Of a DNA stretch of 64,000 nt, positions 1-12,440 are shown piece by piece. Numbering within the stretch: position 1 is the first letter of the stretch; each line of letters opens with the position of its first letter. The translations under genes and the position numbers were made by a program. The stretch covers positions 1 to 64,000 of the forward strand of contig QPGO01000297.1 of NCBI GenBank assembly GCA_008632985.1, given 5' to 3'. The notes under the pieces are model-generated. The model saw only the letters and a program-made list of their open reading frames with translations. It was not told the DNA's origin and made no database searches. The stretch comes from Psammoneis japonica (Eukaryota).

Positions 1-362
1 CGCCAGAGCACCATTGAGACTTTGGTCTTTGGTGCTGAGTTTGTGACCATGAAGCAGGGCATGGAAGCCTTGCATGGTCTGAGGTGCCAAGTGCGAATGA
101 TGGGCACACCATTGTCTGGTCTGTCCCACATCTGTGGTGACAACATCATGTCCATTGTTCACAACACGCAGAACCCTGAGTCTGCTCTGAGAAGAAGTCA
201 AACTTGATTTGCTGCCATGCCATTGGAGAGTCGGTGGCAATGGGTGAATCCCTTGCTGGACACATCCAATTGGAACGCATTCCGGCAGACATTGCCACCA
301 AGATCATGTGTGGTGGCGTGAAATGAGACAGACTTTTGAACATGGTGCTTCATGATTTGTAA
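1..362 (+). mobile_element. Decayed Ty1/copia (CoDi-like) retrotransposon, RNase H C-terminal region
   Basis: Translates as FGAEFVTMKQGMEALHGLR..RMMG..HICGDN.SIVHNTQNPES..ICCHA..ESVAMGE..ADIATK, matching the copia RNase H pattern (FGAEF..MK..RY.LRMMG..YIYGDN..ICYHA.RESVA). It has frameshifts and Tyr replaced by Cys/His. Confidence 0.85.
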
Positions 363-493
363 GGTCCTGAAACTGGTTCCCTCACCCCACTGGGATTGTT
401 GCAGGTTGTTGGGGTTTCCTGTTGCCTTTTGTGCAGCCAAATGTGACCGGACTGCAAATTGAGTCAAGCCGACTCTGTGTCTGCCTCATCGAC

Positions 494-502
494 TTGAGGG
501 GG
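494..502 (+). other. Probable polypurine tract of the copia element, followed by a TG that may start the 3' LTR
   Basis: ttgaggggg followed by ctgaac, about 130 bp after the end of pol. The LTR end could not be delimited. Confidence 0.4.
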
Positions 503-2720
503 CTGAACAATTTACCATGTTGATTGGTTGCAGAGGAACTTGCATGTTGAACATAGAATTCAGCGACAATGCAAGATAATGTGGATTCGATGTGTGTGCC
601 GGGATGAGCTCACTTCTTGAAAACAGCACGGCAGGACTCCCACTGCTCGATTGTGGGTGAACCTGAGTGATTCGAAAAACCGTTGACGGCCGTCACCATG
701 TAATTTGGCAGTGCAGCATTTTGGTGCTCTACACACGAGGGATTTATGTAGAAATTACGTGTGCACAATTAACAGGGGAAGCGAGCGTGGTGAAGAAACG
801 ACGCGAGCGAAGAGACCGACAATGATGCAAGAGCCGCAGAGAGACGCAACGACAGCAATCAAACGATGTTGCAAGAGGGCGGCAAAAGAGAGAAAGGTCC
901 ATTTGAGTTAGTGCCATGTGTTCAATAAAAAAGAACAAAGCAAGACAACATTGGCATGCACAAACACTTGCACAGAGAANGCACAGCACCAGCGCCTGAA
1001 AAATGACCACATCTGCGGCGACATGGAACAAAACAAGGAGGCGAGAACACACTTTTCTACAAGTGCAATGAAACAACGAGCAAATAACTATAGAAACTCA
1101 CCAGTTGGAAAAAAACTTGGGGTGCCTGGATCGTCAACGGCGGGCAGGGAGGACAGATGGAAGAGAGGCAGTCCAGCGGCTCCACGGAGCAGGACGACAA
1201 AAGCAGGCAGCAAATCGGCATGAGCAATGGTAGAAAGTCGGCGCTTGGGCTCGAGTGACTCGTCCAGTCCACAAAAATCGCGGCAGTAGCTTGGAGAACG
1301 GAGGCAGCGCCATGGTGGGACGGCTTGGACCGGGGAGAGAAGAAGTGCCGCGGCGGAACGGCATGGAACAGGGACGGAGCCAAAAACGGTGACGGCGACG
1401 GTGTAGACCCATGGACTTAGATGTCCCCATCTTCGAGTCCTGTAGATCAAGATACGGGACAAGGAGGTTCAAGGTGAGCGCCATTGCGAACGAGAAAGGG
1501 GAAGACGAGACTTGATTGCGCGAGAATCAGAACTCACCACATTTTGAGTCATTCTGACCCATTCTAGAGACGGGGCTCACTCACATAGCACGACCAAATG
1601 GATTGTAACACTAGCAAGCAAGGTAGGGGTCGGGAGGCGGTGTCGTACCGGTCAAATCGGCCAAAAGCGCCATTGTCGGAGGGAGCGGCGGTTGTTGATC
1701 GGCCGCTCGAAAAAATTATGAGCCATCAACTCGATCGCGCACCGTTCGGAGTCGCACAAGATCTCTTGGTACAAGATGTACACAAATGTACGTCTGTATA
1801 AAAATCTTGTAGAATTTTCGTAGGTAGAACCGTACTGTCTCTCTTTAGCTTACGAGGATTCTGCCGTTAAATCATACCACTACCCATAATTCTACGTGGT
1901 CGATTTGAATCAATCCCAACAACGTTTTTAAATTTTGATCGTAATAACGGTTTTAGGTAATCAAATGCATATAGATATAAGTTTGAATTTAAATTTCATA
2001 TAAACCGTTTTGAATATTTAATTATTACGCGACTGCCAGTCGGCACCAAAAACCGTCGCCTCTAAGTAAATCTGCAGGCAGTACAAAAGTACTCTTTTTG
2101 CAGTACCGGTACTACGGTTCTTGAGTCTTGCACATGAAAGCTCTCCTAAGTAATTAACGGTCAAAGTATACATATAAAATCCTCACAGCGGGAGACCCTA
2201 TATACGCTCCCTGTGCACTCAACGCGCCTCGGTTCCGACCTTCTCGTTGGGTTGCAAGCCCTCCTCGTCGTCCACCCTCCTCGCTGGGGTCGTTCTCGCC
2301 ATTGTGCAACCCGCCTCGTCGGTCTCCACCTCGTTGCTTGGACCCTTCTCGTCGGGCTCCATAAGTGCACAGGGCGCGTACCTACAGCACGATGTTACAG
2401 CTTTTCTTTTAGTAAGACTATTCCCTAGTGTACGCCTTCACAGGGTATTTTATTCTCGACGTGTCAGCGACGACTAATTACGGTGGATGAGATTCTCTCT
2501 ACCATAGAGCGACAACAAGGATGCTAGAGGTCGTTTTTCTTAAGGTAAATCATTAGCATTATGATGTGTCTTTTTACCGGAGGTGCATTGAAAGCAATTC
2601 CTGTTGTTGTTAGCGTGTTGGTGTATGAATTGCTGAAATTTTTGAATGTACATTTTTTGCTTGTGTTGACAAGGCAGCATCTCAATGTCATTGCAAGGTC
2701 TCAGAGATCAGCCGATCTGT

Positions 2721-4094
2721 TCATGCCAACAGTGACCCGACATCTCGTGATAGCTCTTCCAAGACAAATGCCCCCGACGCGGTCCCCAGTAGCGCCAGCA
2801 GTCGGCGGTCCATTTGGTTTCGTGCCAAATAGACGGGAATGGCGCCGTACAACAGTGGTGAACCATACGATCCAGCCCACTTGAGTGCATCGGTAAAGTC
2901 GTCCAGACACAATCCCGCCATGAGCGGCACACCCACGGCCAGAGCGACACATGGTAATGAAAAGAGATTGTTGTTGCTTGTTTTTGAATCATTTTTTGCC
3001 ACAAAATAGGATTCCACTTCTTCGGATACAGACATGACACAGGCAATGGAGGACCCAGTCACGGTGGAGAGGCTAAAGAGTTGCATGAGCGGTCCGTCTG
3101 TCGAAACACCACCACCCAGTGCCGCAAAACACCACGCCCACATGATGAGCATGGGAAGAAGCGAGCCCAGCGTGACGGCAAGAGCCGTGCTGGTGCGATC
3201 GTAGTTGCAGTGCTTGGTGACAGATGGAACAATGTTTTGATAGACGAGTGATGTCAGTATGATGGGAGCTGCTTGAGATGCTGCCAACCACGTTTCAGAC
3301 GACGTGCCGGGTTCCAGCAGTGTTGCTAGTGGATGTTGCATGGACGCCAATCCGGGCAAGAGCAGGCCACCGAGGGTACAAAAGAGTCCCGCTACCGCGA
3401 CACTTGCAACGTGGGACAATTGTTTGCTTTCCAGCGTGCTGGACAGCACAAACAAGGCACCGGCAAAGCCAATTGTGACGACTTCTGCGTTGATTCCAGG
3501 AAAGACCTGTCCCATGCGCACCAAATTAAACGCCAACACGCAGGCATTGATGAAAACCGATGTACCCGCCACCACGTGCGCCGCCAAGTCACTATCGTCT
3601 TGCACAAACTCCTTGAAAGAACTGCTCCCCTCGCCAGAAGCTTCATAGCGTGATATGGAGACATTGGCAATGGCCAGACCCGAAATTAGATTGATACAAA
3701 ACATTCCGATAAAAATCGCAGACGAAACTCCCATGCCCGGTACAGCGGCTACTTGTGGAAGTACCAGAGTTGAAGCGCCGACCGTATTGCCTGTGATGAG
3801 CATGGCGGCCGACAGTATGGAACCAAAAAATGACATGAATGAAGCATCGTCGTCGCGTTCCAATATGGAATCTGCCACGGCGACTGCTGAGAGTTGTGTT
3901 GGCTTTTTCTTTTTTTTCTTCTTTTTGATGGAAGGTTCATCGGCAAATGACGAAAACAGAGACGTTGATGATGCTGACGTCGTGTGTACAAAGAGCGGTC
4001 TTGTTGTTCTTGTTGTTGTAGTAAAGCATGTTATTGGTAAGACACAACATGATGCCAGTATGATAGCAATAAGGGTGGAATAGCGAGACATCAT
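2721..4094 (-). CDS. Aromatic amino acid (Tyr/Trp) permease family transporter, probably plastid-targeted
   Basis: Intact ORF. Likely start is MMSRYSTLIAIILASCCVLPITC|F (signal peptide + F + Thr/Ser-rich transit-like region). It has the LITGNTVGASTLVLP TM1 motif typical of TyrP/Mtr, a YQNIVPSV motif and about 11 hydrophobic segments. Confidence 0.75.
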   Translation of the reverse strand: MMSRYSTLIAIILASCCVLPITCFTTTTRTTRPLFVHTTSASSTSLFSSFADEPSIKKKKKKKKPTQLSAVAVADSILERDDDASFMSFFGSILSAAMLITGNTVGASTLVLPQVAAVPGMGVSSAIFIGMFCINLISGLAIANVSISRYEASGEGSSSFKEFVQDDSDLAAHVVAGTSVFINACVLAFNLVRMGQVFPGINAEVVTIGFAGALFVLSSTLESKQLSHVASVAVAGLFCTLGGLLLPGLASMQHPLATLLEPGTSSETWLAASQAAPIILTSLVYQNIVPSVTKHCNYDRTSTALAVTLGSLLPMLIMWAWCFAALGGGVSTDGPLMQLFSLSTVTGSSIACVMSVSEEVESYFVAKNDSKTSNNNLFSLPCVALAVGVPLMAGLCLDDFTDALKWAGSYGSPLLYGAIPVYLARNQMDRRLLALLGTASGAFVLEELSRDVGSLLA

Positions 4095-4597
4095 GGTATG
4101 GGTTGTGCAGTATTCAAAGTGAGTGAGAATTCTCGTTGTGTGAGAATAATTCTGCGGGTGAGAATTCTCAATGCGCCCCAAAATTCTCGAAGTTCGCGCT
4201 ATGATGCGAAATTCGTGTGGCCAACTGCTTCGTCGTATGTAGACTTGTACCAGATCGGAACTTTTCGAATGTTCGAATGTCAGCCAATCAGAATGCTTCT
4301 TTTGCGAACTGTCAGCCACGTTGCCCATGTCGCACTTGAAGTCGTATCTGGTATAGATGTACATACGTGGAATAGTGGGCAATAGTTACGTAACAAAAGG
4401 CCGATAATAATATGACGTTGTGTGACATTTTGTGCGTGTCATTTTTTTTTAAATTCGAAATCTCCACGTGGAATGAATCAAATTCAAAATACAGTAATGT
4501 CAACCTTTGTCGGTCCGTCCATCCGCCCCGTCGTGCATGATGCTCTGCGGTGCGCGGTGCGATCGATGATGCGGCTGTCGATTGTTGATCAAAAAAC

Positions 4598-5671
4598 ATG
4601 GCGATGGATGCCTTTACGTGGCGTCTCGTCATGCATTGGCTTCATGCCAGGGACATTGGTTCTGTATCGAGAGTGTGCAAGTCCTGGAACAAAATGTTGT
4701 TGTCTGACGAAGATGGAGGAGACTTGTGGAAGCAAATCTGTGCCAACACCCATTCAGAGCGCACAGTCCAAAGCTTTCTCTCTGTAGCATCGAATTGGGA
4801 CTTTCATCGTTTGACCAATTCGCTCGCATTGAAAAAGCCCATGGAAGAATCGCCAAGTGTTCCGCTTGGCCCCACCCTGCCGTTAAGCAAAATCTTTGCT
4901 TTTGTTGAACTCTACCACGTCGAAAAATCCACCACCGGCAACAAGCGCCGCCGAAGTGTCATTGCTTCGTGGGTGCATGATCGGGTTCAGCACCAGCACA
5001 CACCGCCGGGGTTACATCCAGAAGGTGGGCTGTTATTTACGCCTGACACCGGGGTGGTGCTCACGGTGGAAAATCCGTATGCATCATCAGCCCTTCAAAA
5101 CAGATTCGATGAAGCGTTCGAGGGGGCTTTAGAAATCAAGAACATCGAAGATTATATTATGTGGGATGCCTTGCTCAATGCTCCGAAGCCCCCTGATTAC
5201 GATTATCCTTGCTGCCTCAGGGTGACTCTTTTCAGGCGGGACAACATGAAGTCAGTCTGCATCATGGATCAGGAAGCTTATGATTTTGTTTATTGTGAAG
5301 GGGAGAGAGGCACATGTATTTCCTTCACGTTCAAGCAGAGTGAAATCCGGGAGGATAATACTGAGGAGGGACGAAGGGCTTCCATGGTGCAGATGGAGCA
5401 TGGAGAAGATGGAACAGACATGCTTCAAAGCAGAGCCTGGCTCGACACAAACGTCTTGGAAGAGGAGGAATTCCCTTGGATCTCAGAGCTGAAAGACTGT
5501 ACAGACGAGAAGGTCGCTCGCCGTATCCTATCCAAAGTGCCTGCCTTTAAGGTTCAGATTGGTTATTTTTCAGTGGAATTGCAATGTGTAGATTGTGCTA
5601 CATGGGATGAGCATGATTTTCAAAGTGAAAACGACCTTGCTGTCGTATTGGAAGGCTTGCGTTGGCGTTGA
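4598..5671 (+). CDS. F-box-like domain protein
   Basis: 357-aa intact ORF. The N-terminus DAFTWRLVMHWLHARDIGSVSRVCKSWNK..LWKQIC resembles an F-box. Confidence 0.65.
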   Translation: MAMDAFTWRLVMHWLHARDIGSVSRVCKSWNKMLLSDEDGGDLWKQICANTHSERTVQSFLSVASNWDFHRLTNSLALKKPMEESPSVPLGPTLPLSKIFAFVELYHVEKSTTGNKRRRSVIASWVHDRVQHQHTPPGLHPEGGLLFTPDTGVVLTVENPYASSALQNRFDEAFEGALEIKNIEDYIMWDALLNAPKPPDYDYPCCLRVTLFRRDNMKSVCIMDQEAYDFVYCEGERGTCISFTFKQSEIREDNTEEGRRASMVQMEHGEDGTDMLQSRAWLDTNVLEEEEFPWISELKDCTDEKVARRILSKVPAFKVQIGYFSVELQCVDCATWDEHDFQSENDLAVVLEGLRWR

Positions 5672-5888
5672 GCGAGAGAGTAAGCAAGCCTCTGCTTCGG
5701 AGCACGGTTCCCAGTACTTGTGGATGCTCGGACTCTTTACTAGCTAGCAGATAACTTCTGTTATAGATTCATACATTTCAATCCCTCGTTCGTACTATAT
5801 GTGAAGGGATGTAGTTTGGTAGCCCATGTGCTTAAGTCCTACAGGTAACCTCAAAGACAAAAAGGACGGACTACCTTACGATGTGAAA

Positions 5889-8327
5889 CTAAGATATCGG
5901 AGCGCCCACGAGACTAACACAAGAGCATGGACCCGCGGATGAAAGAATAACCTTGTTTTCCCACATGGCCACACCACTCTCGCTGGTCTTGAGTTGTTTC
6001 GACACGGCATCCCACGTTTTGCGCTTTTTCACTTGTGTAGAGGAAAGTGGCTCTCCAGTCAAGCCCTCAATAAAGACGCGCTCTCCAACGACGGCGCCAT
6101 CGGGCGGGGTCACCAATTCCACCTTTTCGTCCGTCTTGGCGGCAAGAACCATCCCGTTACTGCTGAAGCCAAGAATCTTGGAGGCTTTCAAATTACACGC
6201 CACCAAGACAAGTTTGTCTTTCATCTCATCCAACTCGTAGTGACCTCGCAAACCAGACGCAATCTGGCGAGGACCCGTTTCTTCCCCAACATCAATTTCT
6301 TCACAGAAAAGCTTGTCGGCTTCGGGGTGGTTCCAGACCTTTGTGATTTTTCCAACGCGAATATCCATTTTGGTAAATTCTGCTTGATCACTTTGACCAG
6401 CCTTGCTAGCGGCAATGGCCTTGGCTTTCTTTTCCTTTTTCTTTTTTTGCGCTTCCGCAAGAGACAAGGCCTTCTTCTTGGCGGCTTGTTCAGCATCCAG
6501 ACGTTCTTCTTCTGAAAGGAGCTTTGTATAAAGCACATCACCGACCTGAACCTTGGTTCCCACCACCAAATTACGCTGTCCCTGCAACTCAGCCAAGCTC
6601 ACAGGAGCCGTGCCTAATTTACGGAATATCTCGCTTGCGCCCGTTGGCACAAACGGCAAGAGCAAATGGGTGAGCGCATAAATTGCTTCGAGTGTGGCTC
6701 GCACCACGATACGACGCGCCTCGGCATGTTCATCACCCTTTTTCAACCACGGAGCTTCCTTGGTAAGATAGCCATTAACATCCCGAAAGCTCTGAATGGC
6801 AATCGTGGCACCCGCCTCGAGTTCAAAATTGTCCATTTTGTGACTATACAACTCAATCACGGCACCCAAGTCGACGGGCAATTCTTGCGGAGCAGGCACG
6901 TCGGGAACGAGGCCGTCGCAATACTTGTTGCAAAGGTTGGTTGCCCGGTGAACCAAGTTGCCAAGTGTATCGCAAAGATCCGAATTGTGCATGTCACGCA
7001 GCGAATCCTCGTTAAAGGATAATTCTCCGCCATACGGAGCTTCCTTACACAAGTACCTGATTGGAAACTGTTTGAGTATAACAAAATAGTAAGGCAAGCA
7101 ATAATACACCAATAGCAGTTCCCTACTTACCACCGAAAGATATCCACAGGATACTTATCCAGCATGTCGTGAGGATCCACAACATTGCCCAAACTCTTGG
7201 ACATTTTCTTTCCCTCGCGGTCATTGACGAATCCGTGCGCAAACACCGTCTTGGGTAGCGGGACACCCGCCGACATTAACAGACACGGCCAAATAACGGT
7301 ATGGAACCAAAGGATATCCTTTCCAATAATGTGCACATTGGCGGGCCAAAACCTCTTCAAATCGACTCCCTCCTCCAATCCAAAGTGATCGACACCGGTC
7401 AGATAGTTGGAGAGAGCATCCACCCACACGTACATGACGTGATTATCATCAAAGCCCTCCGGAACAGGGATGCCCCATTCAAAACTCGTTCTTGAAATAC
7501 TCAAATCGCGAAGCTCATCTTGAGCGAGACGGGACAAGATGTGGTTTCGATGGGTCTGAGGACGAATAAAGTCCGGATTGGCTTCAATGTACTCGACCAA
7601 ACGATCATGATAGGCTGACATTTTGAAAAAGTAACTCTCTTCTTCCACTTGTTTGAGCGGCGCTCCCGATGTTTTGTCCTTGTAATCCGAGAGCTGTGCT
7701 TCCGAATCCGTGACAAAGGTTTCTTCACGGACATTGTACCAACCCTTGTAGTGATGGAGGTAAATGTCGCCCTTGTCCGCCACACGTTTCCACAATTCCT
7801 TGGCGGTGCGCTTGTGACGATCCGACGTGGTGCGGATGTAATCATCGTTGGAAATCAAAATGCGTTGATTCAAACACTGAAAGCCAGCCACGTACTGAGA
7901 ATATGAAATTCAAGAATATTCAAGTCAGAATCACAGCGCTCAAAGCATTCAACGAACACAATCACAACAGAGCATCAAAACATACCTTGTTACAGAGATC
8001 AATAGGTTCCTTTCCTTCTCCGGCAGCCGTGTTGGCAATCTTTTGTCCGTGCTCATCGGAACCCGTTACAAAGTACGTGCCGTTGGTACCCTTGAGACGT
8101 GCAAAACGGGCCAAGGCATCGGTCGTGGCGGCTTCATAAGCATGACCCATGTGCGCGGGACCATTGGTGTAGTTGATGGCTGTGGTAATGTAAAAGGTAT
8201 CTTCACTACCATCAGGCTGCTTGCCACCCGTCTTGGCGCCATAGCCATAATCAACCGTCTCCTCGTCCTTGACGGACCAACGATCGTAAGGTTCTGTTTT
8301 CTCTTCTGCTGCTGTGTTATTACTCAT
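5889..8327 (-). CDS. MARS: Methionyl-tRNA synthetase with C-terminal EMAPII-like tRNA-binding domain; exons 8327-7986, 7894-7131, 7056-5889
   Basis: YITTAINYTNGPAHMGH (HIGH), IGKDILWFH, KMSKS and a C-terminal DIRVGKI..HPEADKL..RQIASGL OB fold. GT-AG introns 7985-7895 and 7130-7057 join the three ORFs in frame. Confidence 0.95.
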
Positions 8328-8532
8328 GGTTCTTGCTTATTAATATGCTCTCTCTCTCACTTTCCCACTCTTGGAAAATTTATATGTTTCGTTTCCGACT
8401 CAGAATATGAGACGTGCGTCAACTCGTGGTTCACAAACGGAAGCAACCAGTGGCTTGAGACGGGTCTGAACCTGACTGAGAGGCGAACGCTGACCGCAAA
8501 AGTGACAATGGGATGAGAGATGTGTGAGGTTT

Positions 8533-8741
8533 GGGGGAAGTCTCCAGCCAGCCAGCTGCTGGCTGAAAAAAGTCTGCTCGTCAGTGCGTTTGGGGGTTTT
8601 GCAAGTGCAATTTTTACGTACGCAAAAGAAGACGAGTCTGTCCAGCGTTCACCAAAACCCCCAACGCACAGATTGACAGACTCTTTCAGTACATTTTCTA
8701 CACAAATTTCTTCAGCCAGCAGCTGGCTGGAGACTTCCCCC
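8533..8741. mobile_element. MITE (~209 bp) with ~30-bp terminal inverted repeats
   Basis: Left end gggggaagtctccagccagccagctgctggctgaa; right end ttcagccagcagctggctggagacttccccc (reverse complement apart from a 4-bp indel). Flanks aggttt / aggttg form an imperfect TSD. Confidence 0.75.
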
Positions 8742-9148
8742 AGGTTGGAGGGAGTTTCTCTCGTCGCGTCGTGCGCTCGGCTCATCATCTTGCGCGTGCT
8801 CGGGTGCGCGTCTGAAACGCATGTCACAAGAACGAGCGCGCGGCGGACTAATAAGGACGAACGATGATGCTGATTCACGTTGAAATTTATGCTATTATTG
8901 AAATCATAAATTATCTATTAGAAATAGATATCGTTATTGTCTCGTACATCAATTACATCAACGGAAATTTATGCCAGAAAGCTTTGAATGTTCAAAGTTC
9001 GGACATGAGGAAGCTATAATATTTTTAAAATTTTGTTCACGGGTCAACCTCTTCCCACAAATCTCGACACAAGATACATCATCCTTCTTTTTCGTTTCAA
9101 AAAGACAAAGTTGCTGTTGTTGTCGTTGTTTGTGTCGTCCAAAAGATA

Positions 9149-11623
9149 ATGTCATCCATATTGAGTGGTGGCGAAAGCTATCTGCAGTCCGATGATGAGC
9201 CACCGTTGTCGGAATTGGCATCCCGTGATGGGATGAGCAGTTATGATCCAGGCGATTTGATTTCGTCGTGGATGGTGTCAGATAACGATCCCGAAGAACA
9301 AGCTACTGGTGTCGTTCGGGATAAAGGCAACACCAAGAGTGAAAAGGCCATGACGTGGTCCAAACGTCCGTCTCGAAAGAAGATTTTAATCGTTGGAACC
9401 ATGGGAGTTGCTCTCGGTATCGTGGCACTTGTGGTGGGTATCATTTCGGCGACTGGGAGCCGGGGAAGCCCCAACCCATCGTCCTCATCACCGCCTATTG
9501 TTTTTGTCAGGCCCACAGCGACACCAACTAGTTCTCCGTCAACTACACCACTCAATCCGGAAGAAAAGAAGTTATTCGACTTTCTTTCAAGTGTATCGTT
9601 TGATTCGGGCACTGCCTTGAAGAACTCCCTGTCGCCGCAATTCCAAGCGGCCATGTGGTTGTTGGAAAACAAAAATCTTCAAGACTATTCCGATGAGCGC
9701 AAGATTCAGCGCTACGTTTTGGCAACCCTCTATTACAGCACCCACGGTGAGCTGTGGTCCGACAGGAGCGGCTGGCTTTCTGACGAGCACGAGTGTGAGT
9801 GGGGCTTTGGAAAGTGGGGCAACGGTCCCTGCGGGTCCACCGGAGACACTCTTGTGGATGTGCAACTCACAAACAACCAGTTGAGTGGTACCTTGCCACC
9901 CGAAATTGGCTTGCTGAGTGACAATCTCTTGTATCTTGATCTCGGAAATAATTTGTTGAGTGGATCCATCCCAACCGAGCTAGGGTCGCTCCACAATATC
10001 AAGCTGATGAATCTCCAGCAAAATTCGGTTTCCGGTCCTTTACCTAGTGAAATTGGTGAAATGACGAGTTTGACCGAAATGCTCGCCGACAAGAACCGCA
10101 TGTCGGGACCGCTGCCAGACACGCTTTGGCAGCTTTCCAATATGGAGCAACTCAAGCTTGGTGAGAACCAATTCAAGGGCACCCTTGCCACCGAGATTGG
10201 GCTTTTGAAGAATTTGACAATGCTTTCAGCCAACGACAATAACTTTAAAGGAACCGTTCCTACCGAGTTGGGATTATTGAGTTCGCTCGAGGAACTTGAT
10301 CTTTCCAACAATCCCTTGAATGGAATCTTCCCAAACACTGTTTGTGATCTTAGCCTGGATGCTATTGGGCTGACGTGTACAAGCATCTTTTGCAGTTGCT
10401 GCAATGACTTGTGCCTGCAAGAATTTCTGGCTGGCGCATCTCCTGACGGCGGCATAAGCCTATCAAAAAATTCCTCCTCTCAATACATGGCATATGAATG
10501 GTTGTCTTTGGATCCAAATTTGGAAGAGTATGGGACTGTTCAGTTACTTCAACGATTTGCTCTCGCTACCCTGTACTACAGCACGGAAGGAGACGATTGG
10601 GATGACGATTATAATTATTTGGATTACGACTCGAACGAATGCGAATGGGGCGTGCAGCCGGATTCTTCGCCGTCCAGACTCACCATCAAGAGTGCTTGGG
10701 CCTCATCGGTCCAAGGTGACGAGCATCGAGAAAAATTTGCCATTGACAACAACGACAATACGCGTTGGGCAAGTGACAAGAACGACGAAGAATGGATTGC
10801 CGTCGATTTGGGTGAAATCTATGCCTTGTCTTCGATTCGGCTAGAGTGGGAGGCTGCATCGGCCGAGAAATACGAGATTCAAGTTTCAGACAACAAGAAT
10901 GATTGGAAAACGGCATTTACCGAAGACAATGGTGGCGGAGATACCGAAACGATTGATCTCGATGGTTACAGTGGCCGTTACGTCCGCATGTATGGAATGG
11001 CACGAAACACAGAGTGGGGTTACTCGCTGTACGAAATCACCGTCCGGTAAGTTTTCCTTGTTAACATTGTTTTTCACATGTTCCAGCTTTCTTATGAATC
11101 TGTGCTTTTTGTAACTTCACATTCAAGTGGCTCGACAATCGCGGATGCTCCATGTGATGAAAACTTGAACATCCAGCAAATTGTGCTGAACAACAATGGA
11201 CTTCAAGGATCACTTCCACCAGAGCTTTCATTGCTCTCGAACAGCTTGGAAACACTCATTCTATCGGAAAACTCCATGTTGGGTTCGATCGCTTCCGAGA
11301 TTGGTTTGTTGACTAGCCTCAAGAAGCTGGATTTGACGTCAAATGATTTCACGGGCGTCATTCCCCCCGAGATGGGAAATTTAGAAAACCTCAATACTCT
11401 TATGTTGGGGGGTAATAATTTAGGGCAAGCGGTGCCACCCGAGCTTGAGAACCTGACGAATCTGAAAGTGTTGGCATTGGAAGATAACGACTTGACGGGG
11501 ACTGTCCCGGCAGGCTTGTGCAACAACTTGACAACGACGCTGATCGATGTAGTTGTGGACTGCTTAGAAGTGGATTGTCGCTGCTGTGAATTGTGCACTG
11601 GTCGATTGAACGGTGGGAATTAG
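9149..11623 (+). CDS. Type II membrane LRR protein with internal F5/8 type C (discoidin/CBM32-like) domain; probable intron 11047-11127
   Basis: N-terminal TM (ILIVGTMGVALGIVALVVGII), QRYVLATLYYST LRR N-cap, 24-aa plant-type LRRs (LxLxxNxLSGxIPTELGxL) and Cys caps. The discoidin domain reads RWASD..WIAVDLG..WEAA..GRYVRMYG..GYSLYEI. A phase-compatible gtaag..aag intron joins ORF 9149-11050 to ORF 11078-11623. Confidence 0.85.
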
Positions 11624-11816
11624 GAAGCTAGAGAGAAAGAGAGATAAGTAGAGAGGTGAGGTTTAGATTAGGTTATTTGATTTGTGTTGACAACTTTTAT
11701 TCTGAAAGAACTGTAACGCGGCGAAAGGATGTGAAACGTGATAGAACCTCCAATGCAGAGCTGCTCTAGTAAAAAGAATGGTGTTCATACAGTGGGATAG
11801 GGCACTAACACTAGAT

Positions 11817-12100
11817 GGTAGGGCGAGAGCTACTACTAGCTAGAGAGTAGAGCTTCCAAGATCTTATGATAGCTCTCTAGAGGGCTAGCTACTACTCTAG
11901 CTAACTAGTAGCGAACTCTCTACTCTAGAGAGCTACTCTACTCTCTAGGGCCCTAGCTAGAGAGAGACTAGAGCTCGCTCAAGAGTCGTCTCGATCGTCG
12001 TCGTCCACGGTAGTACAGTAGGGGCCCTATGATGGCCGACTGCGAACCAGAACGGGCGCTTACTACTACTTACTGTACAAGTATGGTACAGTACTGTACT
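11817..12100. repeat. Low-complexity CTAG/AGCT/TACTAC/TACAGTA-rich intergenic tract
   Basis: Built largely from agagct, ctag, ctactact and tactgtac words. Confidence 0.6.
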
Positions 12101-12440
12101 TGGCACATAATAGATCACATTCATTCATATGACTTTGAATAAATCAATATGATACTGAGGCAATTGATTTTCGATACAGAACAGTCACGACTAGTCACTG
12201 TATTGGACTTTGAGAGTGAACAGTTTTCTGATTTAGACAATGTAAACAATTGCCCCTCGTTTTTTCAGTCGTGTTCCGCCACAATGCCAAAAGTCACCCA
12301 TGACTTGAGGCAAGAGATAGATGAGGTGAAAGTTGAGAAGGCGCTATTGGATTGTGTTCTTTCATCACAATCGAGAGTCATTCAGCCTCTAGTTGGGAGA
12401 TACAATGCATCATTAAAAACAACACAATCACTAAAACATC

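Noticed and set aside
1057..1484. Overlapping minus-strand ORFs in GC-rich sequence
   Set aside because: No recognisable domain. Probably an LTR or repeat flank.
2219..2362. 47-aa acidic ORF on the minus strand (MEPDEKGPSNEVETDE...)
   Set aside because: Short, with no recognisable homology or support.
4095..4382. N-terminal 96 aa of ORF 2721-4382
   Set aside because: It starts at a non-ATG codon and lies upstream of a clear signal-peptide ATG, so it is probably UTR or promoter.
9733..10455. 240-aa antisense ORF, and similar ones opposite other genes
   Set aside because: Shadow ORFs of LRR or other coding sequence.
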